Source: the human T2T-CHM13v2.0 reference genome, Homo sapiens. From it: 64,000 nt of DNA. Positions 13,573-27,997 of the stretch are shown here, in pieces. A program made the translations under genes and the position numbers. The stretch lies in assembly GCF_009914755.1 (NCBI RefSeq), contig NC_060938.1; one strand, written 5' to 3'. Every line of letters begins with the position of its first letter. The first letter of the stretch is position 1. The notes under the pieces are model-generated. The model did no database searches. It saw only the letters and a list, made by a program, of their open reading frames with translations, and was not told the origin of the DNA.

Positions 13573-14970
13573 ACATATAGTCTTTTTTTGTATCATTTTC
13601 ATATAGCTGTGAATTGTTAAACAAGAGATTAAATTAGAAATATATCAGATATAATTAATTATTTTAAGAAGAAATGGATTTGAATATGACTTATTTTCCT
13701 CATGTAAAATGTAAAATTAAAAGATTTTGGCTTCATGGAGGCCAATTTATAAATAAGTATCAAATATAGAAACATGATCGTATTTTAATACAGAAATTCT
13801 ACCTCTAGATTATCCTAAGAAAATTAAAATGAACGTGCACAATTTTATCTAACACTAGGCTCACTGAAGTATTACCTTTTTTGAGCAACTGCTGGGGGAA
13901 AACATGAGTAGATAATAAATATTTTAATCCAGTTACGGTTTAGCTAGAAGATAGATTAATAAGCATGCATTATATAAAATATTTTGAAATACTATTTAAA
14001 GGACACGACAAAATTATTGCAGAATACATATTGGAAAAGGAGGCAACCAGACAGCATGTATAGTCTTTTATTAGAAAAGATTGTATACATTTAATAGACT
14101 ATATCTGCATTTATTGTGTTATTCATATATAGTTATACAACCATGTGTATATAATATACACATACTATGTAAATGCTATATGTCGTCTGCCATATGCATG
14201 TATATTTACATATTTGCATGGTGTATCTAAACAAAAGCATTTTTCATCCTATGTGAAGTTTGTAAATTTTTTTCTTTCTTTGTTCTTGTTTTTCTCTGTT
14301 CTCTCAGTAGTCTACATCTCCTTGGAAACTGCAAGGTATTCTGTGATTTTAAATCTGACATCTAATTCTGACATATATAAATGTGAAGAGAGAACCTAGT
14401 TCTTTTCTAGGATATCATATAATGTAATTTTAAATTTCAAGATTATTAGGTGCAACTAGCAACAGATAATAATTTCATTAGTTGTCAACAAAAAAAAAGT
14501 TGAATACTACCCAACAATAAGAGTATTAAAATAGCTCATATGCATATAGCTAACCGCTGTAAATGCATGCATTCTTATATAAAGCCAAAGCATTTAGTGC
14601 CTATTATTGCCAGCTACTTCTGAAAGTTAGTTAATTAAGTAATGAATAAGAGGGACATTTTCCCTGCATTCCAGAGCTAAAACTAATAGGAAAGTTTGAA
14701 TCTCAAGGGCTTAACACTTGTTAAAGTATTTGTTTCAGAAAGAAAACCAACAGTATTTGTAGCCATTTCAGAGCCCCTTCCATAACTGTTATAAAACTAA
14801 AAAACTGTACAGATGACCATGTGTCTGGTTGCATGGCGGTGAATGCAATCTTGAAATCTTGAAATCCAGCAAACTCAAAACTGTGTCCATACACTGCTAG
14901 TGTGTATCTCAGTTGGTACAACAGTATTGGAGAACTATTTCCAGAATTTACCAGAGATGTGTATATGTTT

Positions 14971-15006
14971 ACACAGACACACACACACACACACGCACAC
15001 ACACAC
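14971..15006. repeat. (CA)n microsatellite within an L1M fragment (about 14900-15430)
   Basis: acacagacacacacacacacacacgcacacacacac flanked by gcaattttactcctaggtat. Confidence 0.85.
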
Positions 15007-15429
15007 TTTCCCATCTGGCAATTTTACTCCTAGGTATGAACTCAACATATATTTGCATATATTTACAAAATGAGAAGAATGATTATAATAGCACTATTTG
15101 AAATAATCAAAAACTAGAAAAAGACTCCAACAATAGAATCAAAAATACATTTTGCTATAATCGTATAATGTAATAATGTATAGCAATGAAAGTGAAAACA
15201 ATACAGCAGGGATTAACCTCACAAACTATTGAGGGAAAGAGGTCACATGCAAAAAAATACTGTATGATTCCATATACATACCATTCAAAAACTAGCAAAA
15301 TAATGTTAGATGGTGTTAAAACTGGAATTTCTGTTTCTTAATCTGGATGCTAGTTATATAACTATGTTTATGTGGAAATTTGATTTGTCATGTTTATATT
15401 TTCTGCACTTTCCTATATGTATGTTTCTG

Positions 15430-15818
15430 TAGCATAGAAGTCTGCTTTGGATCTCACTTAGCTAAACCCCAGGTGTGAGCAATGCTGTGTTCCTTTCTGT
15501 AGGATGTAGAGCAGAATCTGTCTTCTGTTTATTCTGATTGTTGGTAAGAATCAACTTATTGAGGTTGTAAGGACTGTGAGCCTCATTTCCTTGCTGGCTG
15601 TCAGGTCAGGACCATTCCTAACTTCTCATGTCACCCATATTCTTGGTCTATGGCCCCTTCCTTCAACTTCAAAGCGACAAAGTTGGGCCCCGTCCCCTCA
15701 TGTTTTCTATTAACTTTACTTCCATCTTCAAGCTTCTTTTTGCTGTGTAAAGTAACATTCATAGATTCCAGGGATTAGGGCTTGGACATCTTTGGAGGTA
15801 CAATTTTTCTGCCTACCA
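15430..15818 (-). mobile_element. MLT1-type MaLR LTR fragment
   Basis: gtaacattcatagattccagggattagggcttggacatctttggagg...tctgcctacca. Confidence 0.65.
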
Positions 15819-18816
15819 TGATATTAACCTTCAAGATAAAACATTTTCATGAAAGTGTTTTTAAAAACATATCAAGACAGGACTAATTCAAGAGTAATTA
15901 TTTTTTTTTAGAGCCTTCATTGGGGCCCACACTCTTTGCCCTTCTGCTCCATGAGGTTAGTAAACTACCTGAGATCATTCAAGATTTCTGTTAAAAGTGA
16001 GCTAGTCCTCCTTTAAAAATGTCTAATTAAACTTGAGAAACCTGACTTCTATATTCCTTCATGGGGAGTAATAGTATGCATTAGTATAGCAAGACTGAGA
16101 TATTCTCCGGTAAAGAAATTTACTTAATTTACTTGCCTGCATTAACCCAGTGTTACCAAAATATAGTTGGAATTTTTCAAAAATATCCTGAAAAAGTTCC
16201 TAACATCATGCATAAGAAATGTTTTTTCTTGGTCTTAAAATTGAACATAACTCCTTAATACTTCTCAAATTTTTAAAATTACATCACCATGGTTAGTATC
16301 TTCCTTTCTCCTGCTTTATTACAAATAATACTTTTGATTATGCTCTCACTATATTTTAATCGTTTGATATGTGTTTTTTTTCAGAATTATTACCCTTCTT
16401 TCCGATGAGAAAATCAAAGTGAAGAAATGTTTCCAAATTTCCAGAGTTAGTAATTGGTGGAGGAATATATATTTTGTTCATTTTAACATTTTATAAAGGG
16501 TAAATTTATGAATTATTTTTATCTTGCACAAAAGTTATAATTTTAATGCTTTTCACATACATACTGTACATTTGCAATTAGATAACAATGAAAGGAACAT
16601 AAAATTCTCCAAAGGAATTTTTCACGCCATTATATAAACACGTCATGAGGAAGTTTCAAACACTTTCTCAATGACCACAAGTTACCAAGAAAATAAAAGA
16701 TCAAATTTATATAGATATTGATCTACATATCAAACACATGCAGAAATGATGTGAAAACCTTATTCAGTTTACTTTCACTTCTGTCCTCAAAAGATTTGCC
16801 CAGGGGCAGATGCTTTTCTTTTATATAAATGACTGTGGCTTTATTTAAAATATGAAAATCAAAGGAAGAACCCCAGTTTAATCAGAGTATTTTAAAAATC
16901 CCTTCCCAATATTAAAGGATCATTACCAATATATAGCACCATAATACAAATATTGATGGAAGAGGGTATTCACATCACGCAAAATAAATAATAATAATAA
17001 AAACAAACAAACATTGAAAACCTGTCTTGGTATCGTAGAATAAGAAGCTGATAACAGCTTTAGCTTTCCTCATACACAGCAAGGAAAAAGTTAGAAAGTT
17101 TAAACTACCAAAAGTCCCCAAATAAAACCTAACAGGAAAAAGAAAAAAGTAAAACAAACCCAAGGTCAGCAGTACATTTTGAACCGTAAAAGAGAATGGG
17201 GCAATTGAGTTGTACAGCGGGAGTTATGGCTAAGACATAAATCTCTTCTGCATTATTTTTTTTTCGTATTCGTCAGAAGTAGGAGTTAGAGTGTGAACAA
17301 TGAAGAGGGCTTCAGGTTGTGTTTAGACTGTAGGAAAGTCCTTACCAACCTCCAACTGTTGGTCATGGGATCAGGACAAGAAACACTATGAATTGGGAAA
17401 TTCTAAAACACTTAGAGCCTGGTTTTTCTGTAGAATTGGAAGCTTATGAAACCTGGCTGTAAGTGAGCATTTCATAGATTACCAGGACTGACTGGCTTCA
17501 AATCATATCTTTTCTGCTTTATTCAGTTCCCCATGGAGCCCCTCAACCAAGACACTGGCAGAGTATACCATACAACAGGCTTCTTGTGCCTGTATTGTGA
17601 AATTAGTCCTGAGTTTAATTCAGTGACCCTGAGAATAAAGACTTCTGTAACCCTTGCTTTGGAATACTTCTAGGCTTCAAGTTTTTGAGATTTTTTCAGA
17701 GTTAAAGATTTGGGAAGTGTGAGGATGTCACATTTACAGTAGGTCCCTCTCAGCAATGTTAAGATAAATATTGACTAATTTAACAGCTGAACTCACATAT
17801 GTTTGACACATGAGAATCAACTTGCGCTGATGTGATCTCCATTTATGCCCCTAAAGAGTCAGTATTAAGAAATGGTGGCATGAAATTCTATACATTCTTA
17901 CACTATAAAGTAACAAATTTTACTTCCATTAGCTATTACAAAACCTTATGTTATTAACCCCTCTTGCATAGAATGAGGTAATCCAATGCTATTATTCCCC
18001 AAAAATCTAGCTATTTATTTTCTAAAATATTGCTCTACTTTTGAGAAGAAGATCTTAACCCATCCCTAGGTCTTCATCTTTATCTTCCCAAACTGTCTTC
18101 CACTCTATGGTGAAATTTTGAATCCAAAACACAGTTTTGACTTTCTTGTTTAAAACATTTCAACACATTTTTATAAGGTAGCATCAGATTTTCTTAGTGT
18201 GGTTAAAAAAAAAAACAAAAGTGGGAGGCTCTTTTCAGACTCTGCCAGACTGCACTACAATTACTGGGACACCTCCTTGTGAACATCCATTTGCTCACCT
18301 GCTTCTTCACACCTCCTTGCCTTTCTATATATTCTCCTACTCCCTCTGTTCCAAATGATTATTTAATTTTTAAGAACTACCTCAAACATCACCATATCTG
18401 TGAAGATTTCTCTGTCTCTTTTATGTGGAATCATATGCTCTTGCCCTTGTGGGGTGGTTTACTGCATGCATGGTGTAAATTCAGTTAATGCGTCGGCTCA
18501 AAGGGAAGTAATGTTGTAACTTTTATAAATTTTAAAATAGTTTCCTGTCAATCCTCCCCTCTGAAATTCTAAATCACTGTCATTATTTACCATTAATAAG
18601 TAAATATTATATTCTATATACTTGAGACTTGAGATTTTTTATAGTGATTAGTCAACTTTGTTAAAAGAAAACTTGTTTATAAAAAATATTTTATCATACT
18701 AAATTTGCAGTTATTTTTATGACATCTCTACCACTGCCCCAAATTAGATGGTGAGCTTTTCAAGGGTTAGAATAGAAACAATGACCTACTTAGGTTTTGG
18801 TCTTCACCTCCAAGTA

Positions 18817-19030
18817 CTATACATGTAATAATATGTGCATGTATAATATAGTACATGTATGTATAGTGCATGTATAATATAGTACATGCATGTATAGTGC
18901 ATGTATTATGTACATGTATACTACTTGGAGCTGAACATGTATAGTATATTTAAATACATGTAACAAGTAGAATACACATAGGTAATGCAAGTACTTACAT
19001 GATATATGTCTGACACGTACACAATACATG
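18817..19030. repeat. TA-rich region with a 31-bp tandem repeat (about 2.4 copies)
   Basis: Unit gtgcatgtataatatagtacatgYatgtata starts at 18835, 18866 and 18897. Confidence 0.8.
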
Positions 19031-22000
19031 CTCATGAAAGATCTGACTAATGAGTGATTAATAAAAGTGATTGAGGTAGAATAAGGACAAGGCTGAGGTG
19101 TAGAGAAGTTAAATCCAGTCACATAAATCTGCTTCAAAAATGAATGAATTGTTTGAATAACTTCTGCATCTAAGAAACATAGTCACTTTCCAAAAAGAAA
19201 AAAAAATCTATATTTAACACCCAATATTGAGGCCTCTTACTTATTATTACTACCAAGTTATTAAAATATCATAGAACTGTGAATATTATGGGACTACATA
19301 CCACACCAATGCATTTACTCTCATTAAAGTGAGAACAAAAAGAGATAAAAAGGTAAATAGCACATTAAAAAGAATAACAGTTTAATGTCTCTTTGATAAT
19401 TATAGATATATTTTCTTTCTTTACTTGCTGAATTAATTTCCATGAGCAATTTCAATTTCATTACCTTTATATGATCTCAGTCTGTTATAGGATCACCAGT
19501 TGGCCATTATTTTTGCAGTACATTCCAGTACAGTACAACAGTCCTCTGTCTTACACAGCACCCCCTCCATGCTAGAGACTATTTCCTGAAAGTTACATCT
19601 TAGCAAAACAATTTATAACTTTGTTATCCAAATGTAATTGTAGTATTTCAGAAAAAAAAATATGTGTTACTGAAGGATTCCTGAATGACAATATCCAAAT
19701 GTCTTTGCAGTTAACAAGTGGGTAAGAAAAATGTCCACCATTTTTGCCCAAAGGGTTAGTAATAACGAATAAACTATTGAAATGTGTGTAACATAGTATC
19801 TTATGCATTTGCCTTCCTTGCTTCAATACAATTAATTTAATTTCAAATAGATAACAGTTTCATTGGTAGCAATATTGTAGTACACCATATTTACTACTCC
19901 AAGCAGAAGTTATAATAATGCATTCTACTTTGGTGTCCCTTCTGCCTGTAATTAAACTGTGGAAATTGGCATCTGAAAACACATGCTATGTATATTACAT
20001 AAAACAATGAAACTAGAAAACAATTCTTGGGGACTTTTCAGACTTACAATACTAACATGAATTACATTCTGGTATATTTACTACTCAGTTTACATGCAAA
20101 GCATTTTGAATATTATTATTAGAGTAATATTATAATATACTGATTTCAAAGCTAATTCTCACTTCAAATATAAGAGCTAATGAGTAAAAAGCTGAGCTTT
20201 TGATTATGTTACATATGATGTTTCAATATTTGCATAAAATACTTATGTAAAAGTTCCCCAATATGGAACCACAATTCTTTGAAAAATTAAAAATATGTCT
20301 ACAGGTACTTTTTTACATAAATTAATTTAAATTAAACATGTACATCTGTTCAGTGTGGAAACTTATGGTGGTTGTTTAATTTTTTCTGAAGCTGTTCAAA
20401 ACAAGGTTATTTAATATAAATGCTGTAAATGTAATTTTAAGTTTAATTTTCATAAACAGGTTGGGTGGCTTAAAGTACCAAATGCCATAGAAGAGCATAT
20501 TTTAAAACATCAGTTTGCATTACACAGGCAGTTTATTAGTATTGCATGTTTCAGTCTAAGCATTAACAGTCTCAGGCCTTTGCTCATAATTAATAAACCA
20601 ATATTAATGGGTCTGTTTGGTCTGTGGCACTTGAGAAAAATCAGAAATTAGGCCGTTTTATTAATGATCAAGCTTTGGTATAGAAACCATACCTAATTTG
20701 ATGTGTATCCTCTGGCAGTGGTAATCCTTGCTCTAAAGTAATGCAGAAAAAAAAAGAGAATCTTTGTGGAACCCACAACATCCTTTTTTGTCCAGCTTAG
20801 TTCACATGGCATTTTCTTTCCTAATGAAAATTGTGGATATAACTATACTCCCTTAAATTGCTTATTTACTATAAATGATCATAATTAATTTACCATTTTC
20901 AGTCTTCTTTTAAGATGTTAAAAAGAAAAAAGTTGTTAATGCAATCCTGTTAGAAAGTACTCTATGAACAAGATCAAATTATGTTAATTCACTCTCAGAA
21001 GTTGGCAAATAACATAATTAAATGAATCTATACTTCTTTTTTTGCATTTTGAATCAAAGATACATATGTAAAGGAAGACAACCTTCTAATTTATCACTAC
21101 CATCAACATTAAAGCGAAATAATTGATAATCTATGAAAAATGAATTTTCAGCATGTCACTCACATTTTCCTTTTATATATTGATTTCTTTTCACTGGCTC
21201 GCAGGTAGTTCAAAATTAGATTTGTTCTCTTTCCTTGATCTAAAGAACATCAAAATATCTAAAGCTAATTATGAAAGACATTCAGACTTTCAGATACTAC
21301 ATATTGACATAAAGTTTTGTTTCTCCCATTTCTGCTGCCTATCTTCTTTTTTGACATAGCTTTTTTCCTGAGCTCTGTAGTTATTTTATCTTTTTTTGAA
21401 AGCCAGCATTTCAGCTTTGCACTAAATTTACCCATTAAGTTTTAAGCCCCTTGCCAAAACTTTATTCTCTTTAGCTCACAGGGCTTCAAAAACGTCTATG
21501 CTATCCTTCTTTCAGAGATTATTGCTCCATTGAATAAAACTACCTAAATCATGAAACTATCTGCATGTTTTCTTTTTCACCAATGAAATGTCACATTGTG
21601 ACAGGTACCATGAATCTTCTGCCTGATCTTATACCTTGTCATATTCCACCAAGATGCTTCAAATGGAGGGTATTTTTTCTTTATAACTAAAATAATTTTT
21701 TTGTGTTTTCTTGCTGCCAAGTTGTCCCATTATAAGATAATTAAAACACATTAATGTATCTCTTATCTACAGACACTATCTTTAATGCAAACTTAGTCTT
21801 AGAAGAAAGACACGGAACTCGTAGGCATAAAAAGTAGTAGCTAATTTGTTTATAAAGCTATTATCACAGCGTTCTTGAATTTACTGTCTCCAAATTTAAG
21901 AATGAAGATGGATCCATTAAATATTTTCGAAATTTAGAATCCACCTGAATTTTTCAAATAAATTGTTCGCTATGTGTGAGAGATCAATGCATATTTTATT

Positions 22001-22149
22001 CATTAATTTATACAACAAGTGCCACCTTAGAGCTAATAGTTCTCAGCTCTGTTCTGGATACAATAAGTGGAACATTGTTGTAGACAACAAAGATACCAGG
22101 TAGTGGGAAATTAAGCATTTCAAGCAAAAGGTAATAGAGTCTTGGTCTA

Positions 22150-22620
22150 GGGAACTGACAATGGAGATCAAGTTAAGCGTGTATTTTCAGGATATATTTG
22201 ACTATAGACTTACCAGTGAATTGGATATTGCAGCATGGGAAAAGTAATGCCACAGTAGTAACTCTTAAGCGAACTTTTTAGTCCCTGAGATGGGGAAAAT
22301 AAGGTTGTAGGGAGTAGTTTCCTTGGGTTACATTAGGTTTCCATTTTGGATATATTATATTTGAGATATTATTAAACATCTAAATATAGATATCAAGAAG
22401 CAGATAGATATAAGGTTCTGGAACTCAGAGGGGAAATCAGGACACAGGATATATTTGGAAAAAATAACATTATAGGAATTATTTAAAACCATGGGGAATG
22501 GTGAGATTACTTTGAATAAGAATATAGGTAAAGAGGAATAGAAGCTGGAAGAAGTACTGGATTCTAGTGGTATAGCAATGTTTAGATACCAGCTAGAGGA
22601 TTTGATGACTGAGGATAGTG
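22150..22620 (-). mobile_element. L2 fragment
   Basis: tttgagatattattaaacatctaaatatagatatcaagaagcagatagatataaggttctggaactcagagggga resembles antisense L2. Confidence 0.6.
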
Positions 22621-22907
22621 TTGGTAGCAGTAACAACAGCAGTCATAGCAACAACTATGATTTACTGGTTTCTTATTCTAAACCAATCAGTATTCTAAGC
22701 ACTTTACACTACTTTAGAAAACTCGTTTAATTGTCATGACAGCCATATGCTGTGTGCACTATTATCACTTTCATTTGGCATAAGGGGCAGGTAAGGTACA
22801 AAAGAGTAAAGTGACTTGTCTGGGTTGAAGAGGTTATTTTTCCTTGCATATTTGTTTAATAAGAGAGCACCAGAACACATTTGTGTGCTATTAGAAATGA
22901 TCTGGTA

Positions 22908-23281
22908 TGTGATGTTCCCCACCCTGTGTCCAAGTGTTCTCATTGTTCAATTCCCACCTATGAGTGAGAACATGCAGTGTTTGGTTTTCTTTCCTTTTGA
23001 TAGTTTGCTCAGAATTATGGTTTCCAGCTTCATCTGTGTCCCTACAAAGGACATGAACTCATCCTTTTTTATGGCTGCATAGTATTCCATGGTGTATATG
23101 TGCCACTTAATCCAGGGGCCTGTCGTGGGGTGGGGAGGGGGAGGGATAGCATTAGGAGATATACCTAATGTAAATGACGAGTTAACAGGTGCAGCACACC
23201 AACATGACACATGTATACATATGTAACAGACCTGCACATTGTGCACATGTACCCTAGAACTTAAAAAAAGAAAAGAAAAAA
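22908..23281 (+). mobile_element. L1PA 3' end with 5' inversion (twin priming)
   Basis: Antisense L1 3'UTR 22908-23113 joined to sense 3' end 23112-23281 with A tail. TSD agaaatgaYctggta at 22893-907 and 23282-96. Confidence 0.92.
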
Positions 23282-25337
23282 AGAAATGACCTGGTAGAGA
23301 GAATGAGAAATTGCTGAAGTAGGAAAGAAACAGAATTAACACTGAAGCTATGCCCTTGAGAATTTGAAGGAAAGAAAATTCAGAATCCAAAGCTCAAGAA
23401 AATAGGTTGGTCTTTAAGTAGTTAGTGTAATTGGAGGAAAGAAGAAATTGAGCAAATGTACAGTGCATTGAGAATGTGCAGCTTGTGCATGTGAAGATGA
23501 GGAGCTCCCTTTTGATTGCTTCTGTTTGTTTTTGTTGTGTTTTAAAAGAGAATCAAAGGAGATTGATTTGTGGAGGAGAGCCTAATTATCTTGTAGGTTT
23601 TAAACTCAATACACTTACAAATTCACATCTCTGATCGATAAAACAAAAGCTTCATAAATAGTATGCACTTATATGTATCTATGGCATGAGTCATCTGTTG
23701 GCAAGGAACCGTGACTGCAGAAAGCAGGGTAAGACATGAATTAGTTAAATTCTCCAGGTGAAAGATAAAATTCTATCAAACTTAAAAACGTCTGCATTTA
23801 AACCCAGTGATCTTAAAAGGTTTCATGGAGGAAAACACATTTCAGTGGACACTTGTAGAATGAGTGGGATTTTCATGGGCAAAATTTTGAGTGAAGAGTA
23901 ATCCAGATGGATGTAGCAGGGTGAGAAACGGCATGATCAGAAGTAATAAAGCTGAATTGGCTTAAACGTAGGGTGAATAAAGTTATAATAGTGGGATATA
24001 ACTCACATAGATATTAGGGACAGATTGTGGATAGCCTTTAATATCACACTGTGTATAGATTTATTATGTAATAAACCTGGAGACAGGGGAGGGTTTTAGC
24101 AGTAGAGTGATGAGACAAATATATTTGGAAGTAGATAATGAGCCTTACTGTTTTGTAATTTGGAATGTATGATATTTTAATACCACTGAACATATCTAGC
24201 TACACTTTAGGTTGACACTTTTTTCCTTCTATTATCTTTTCTATTCCAAGCCTAGGGCAACACTGGAGGACACTGCTCTTTTATACAGTTGGACAAGAAT
24301 GTCGTAGGTACTGGGGTGTATTTTTGTCTGTTAAAATGTAACTAAATATTTTAGCCATTTAGCATCCATGGCACATTTCCACTCTGAAAAATATAACGAC
24401 AAAAGTGTTCTTGCCTACTAAGGAAACTCTTGATGACTATGCTAGCAAGCTGAATAAACATTTGAATAAATGTTTAACGAGTCCCACTGGCTTAAAATAT
24501 ATTTTTGATTCACCTATAACAATCCAAACATAAATTTCAGTAAAACAGATGTTTTCACTGCAAAACTGTTTTACCTCTTAGGATCTAACCAAATAAAATA
24601 TTTATTTTGTGAAACTATGTATCACTGTAGACATGGTGATATATGTCTACGTTAGTATACATATATTAGTGTATAGAGACCTTTTAAATACAACTTAGAG
24701 AATCATCAATAATTCTTTATTTTAAAGTATTTAAGAAATCAACCTGTTACCTTTTTTGTTTTCTCTTTTAGTACCCTAATATCTAGGCCTTTCAGACAGT
24801 TAATTTTGTGTTGTAAAGGAGTTAAGTTTAACATCAATGCGTAGTCGAATTTCAGTAGTCCTTTCATGAGAGGAATGTGACATGTACAAAGACACTGTCT
24901 CTCTTATCTAGCTTTTTCTTTCAGCAAATATAGCAAATGTACTGTCATTGTGAAATTACTGACCATGCTTAATGATCCAGACAGTAAACAAAGGGAATCA
25001 TCTTCTATAAACACATGATCAAAATTTAGATACTAAATGTGTGATTTTAACCTAATTAATTCATGCATTTAGCAGATAGTCCTTGAATATATATTATCCA
25101 TTAGACCTCGTGGTATGTTCTACACATAGAAATGTAAATAGTGCATAGCCTTTTCATTCAAGGAGCTTCAAGGGGCTTCTATCTCTAATAGAGAAAGACA
25201 TTTAAATAGTGCATGGCCGTTTCCGTCAAGGAGTTAAAGCCCTGGTGGAGGCAGTAATGGAAGAAAAAACTTATGGGGTGTGTTCACCCCCTTGAATGTG
25301 AGCATTTCAAACTTTCACTCTCTGAACCATTTATTGA

Positions 25338-25741
<404 letters not shown>

Positions 25742-25946
25742 TCTTTCCTAATTATTAATGGCCAATAATAACACTTACTATGCATAAAGTCCTTATCTAA
25801 GAACCTTTTAAGTGTTGTTTTATTTTCACAACAAAATTCAGTATTTTGCAATTCTTTCTTTCCTAATTATTAATGGCCAATAATAACACTTGCTATGTAT
25901 AAAGTCCTTATCTAAGAACCTTATAAGTGTTGTTTTATTTTCACAA
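25742..25946. repeat. Direct tandem duplication, 90-bp copies offset by 115 bp
   Basis: 25742-25831 vs 25857-25946, 3 mismatches. Confidence 0.92.
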
Positions 25947-27790
25947 TTAATTTAAGTGGAAGTTAATCTTCATATTATTGTTTTATAGATAAAACTCAAG
26001 AAAAAATCATTTTGTGACATATTCAAGGTCCCTTAGCTTTCAGTGGTAGAGCCATGCTTTGATGGAGCCCAAATAATTTGGCCCAGATCTCACAATTTTA
26101 ACTTATTTAATAATACTGTTTCCCTGGAAACAGAAAAGAGACAGATGCCATTCATTTTGTTATTTATGCGATAAAATATTTAGGAAATAAATAGATGGAA
26201 TAATATAATTCCCAGAATCTATCTCCTCGTGGTTTGTCTCTATAGTATATATGCTACTTATTTTTTCTACCTTCAAGTAAGCAAGGTTATTTACAGTTGG
26301 TGATACTGCTGTTTATAATTCTGATTTTTCTACTGCGTGCAACTCATCGTTTTATGTATTTGTTCGTTCATTCTTAAGTCCCACATACTAAACACTGTGG
26401 TCGAACCTGTACTACCTGTGTGGTGATAAAAACATGCATAATACACATACTCTGGACTTGTTCATCACACAATTTGGAGACACAAATCTGAAAACAAATT
26501 ACTGTTCAGTCTTCCAAGTTCTTTACTAGAAGTCTCAAAAAATGTTATTAGACGATAAGAAGATAGCAATTTATGCTCAGCAAAAATGCCAGTGAAGACC
26601 TCATAGACATGAGAACATTTATGCTGAAACTTGAAGTTTGAAAATAAGAGGAGAAGAGAAAAGAGATAGTTCCATTGGATGTGAAATACAAGAGCTGAAA
26701 TGATTGGGCAAAGATTAAGCAGGCCAGGGTGAATGGAATGTAGAGTTCCAACAGGGAATGTTGAAAGATAAGGGGAATATAATACATTAGAGCTAAATTG
26801 GAGAAAGTTTAATTTTATCTTATAAATATACATTTGCAAATGTTATTATATTAAGAGATGACATTGTGGGTTTTTAATTTCAAACATTAACGTATGGAGC
26901 CAGCTGTAGGAAGAACAAACTGGAGGAGAAGGAGCAAAAGGCAAATTAATACACATTCAGAAATATTATCTTCACCTGTTAGTGAGCAAGGCAGCGTCCA
27001 TGCTCACTAACCCAGGGCCTATCGTAACCCTTTACCACTCTCTCCAAGCACCACCCAGTTATTGCCACCTTCGTGTAAAGGTGGCAGTTCTGCAGAACAA
27101 GTCCCCCTTTCTCCAAGATAAAAAGGCCTTTAGACACGCATTCTCTCAAATGCCTATTTCCAGTAAAAAATTTCTCTGATTCTACCCATAATACATCCCT
27201 TTTTTTCCCTCCCTGCCAATAAGGATTATGTTCTCAATGTCTCAGCTCTTGGCCTCACAGAGGCATTGCTCTAGTAAGTTTTTTTTTTCCGCCATAGGCT
27301 TATTTTTTCTCTTTTGGGACTTTTCCTCAGCCTTGCATGGGACTGGACAATGCTAAAAACTAAACCAAGCAAGACAACAAAGTAAAACTCTTCCTTCAAT
27401 GTCACATGCTTTTCTTATCTTTGTCCTCTGAGTCTTATCTTCAAAGCAGAATCTTCAGAGTACTCCAAAGAAACTCACTTTCACCACTCTTTATCCTCCC
27501 ATGGTTTTACTCATTCCAGTGCACATTGCTTTGTCTCCACCACTACACAAAAAAAATCATGATTAACCCTGAACTTCAGTGTATATTCCTCAGTCACAAT
27601 CTTATTTGGGCTCTCCAGGCATTTCATCTGGTTTACTCTAGAACTCCCCACTATCCCTACTTTGTAGCATTGTTCTTTGGTTTTCCTTCCAAATGGTTCC
27701 CATACAAATCCTGCCCTGGAGTAATGGTCTATGTGGTCTTACTGATTATGTGAATTGAGAGAAAGATCATTTAGCTGGCAGGATAATACA

Positions 27791-27997
27791 CAGTAGTGTT
27801 TTGGAAAATGTATATTAATAGCTGGCTGGTCATTGAGGGAGAAATCCTGACTTGTAGCATTTATGAATTTCTATGGTGAAATTATTCTCACCAGGGCCAA
27901 CTTCAAGCTACCTTTGTCAGGTGAACAAGCTGACATCATTCCTGAAAATTTAACAGTCTTCCATGTGCCACTGAGAGCCATCTCCAGCATACCACTG
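27791..27997 (-). mobile_element. MER63A-like DNA transposon
   Basis: TIR-like ends cagtagtgttttgga...tccagcataccactg. Internal cctgacttgtagcattt and ttcctgaaaatttaaca. Confidence 0.7.

Noticed and set aside
18835-18910. 31-bp repeats considered as a CRISPR-like array
   Set aside because: Head-to-tail with no unique spacers, low complexity, in eukaryotic intron DNA.
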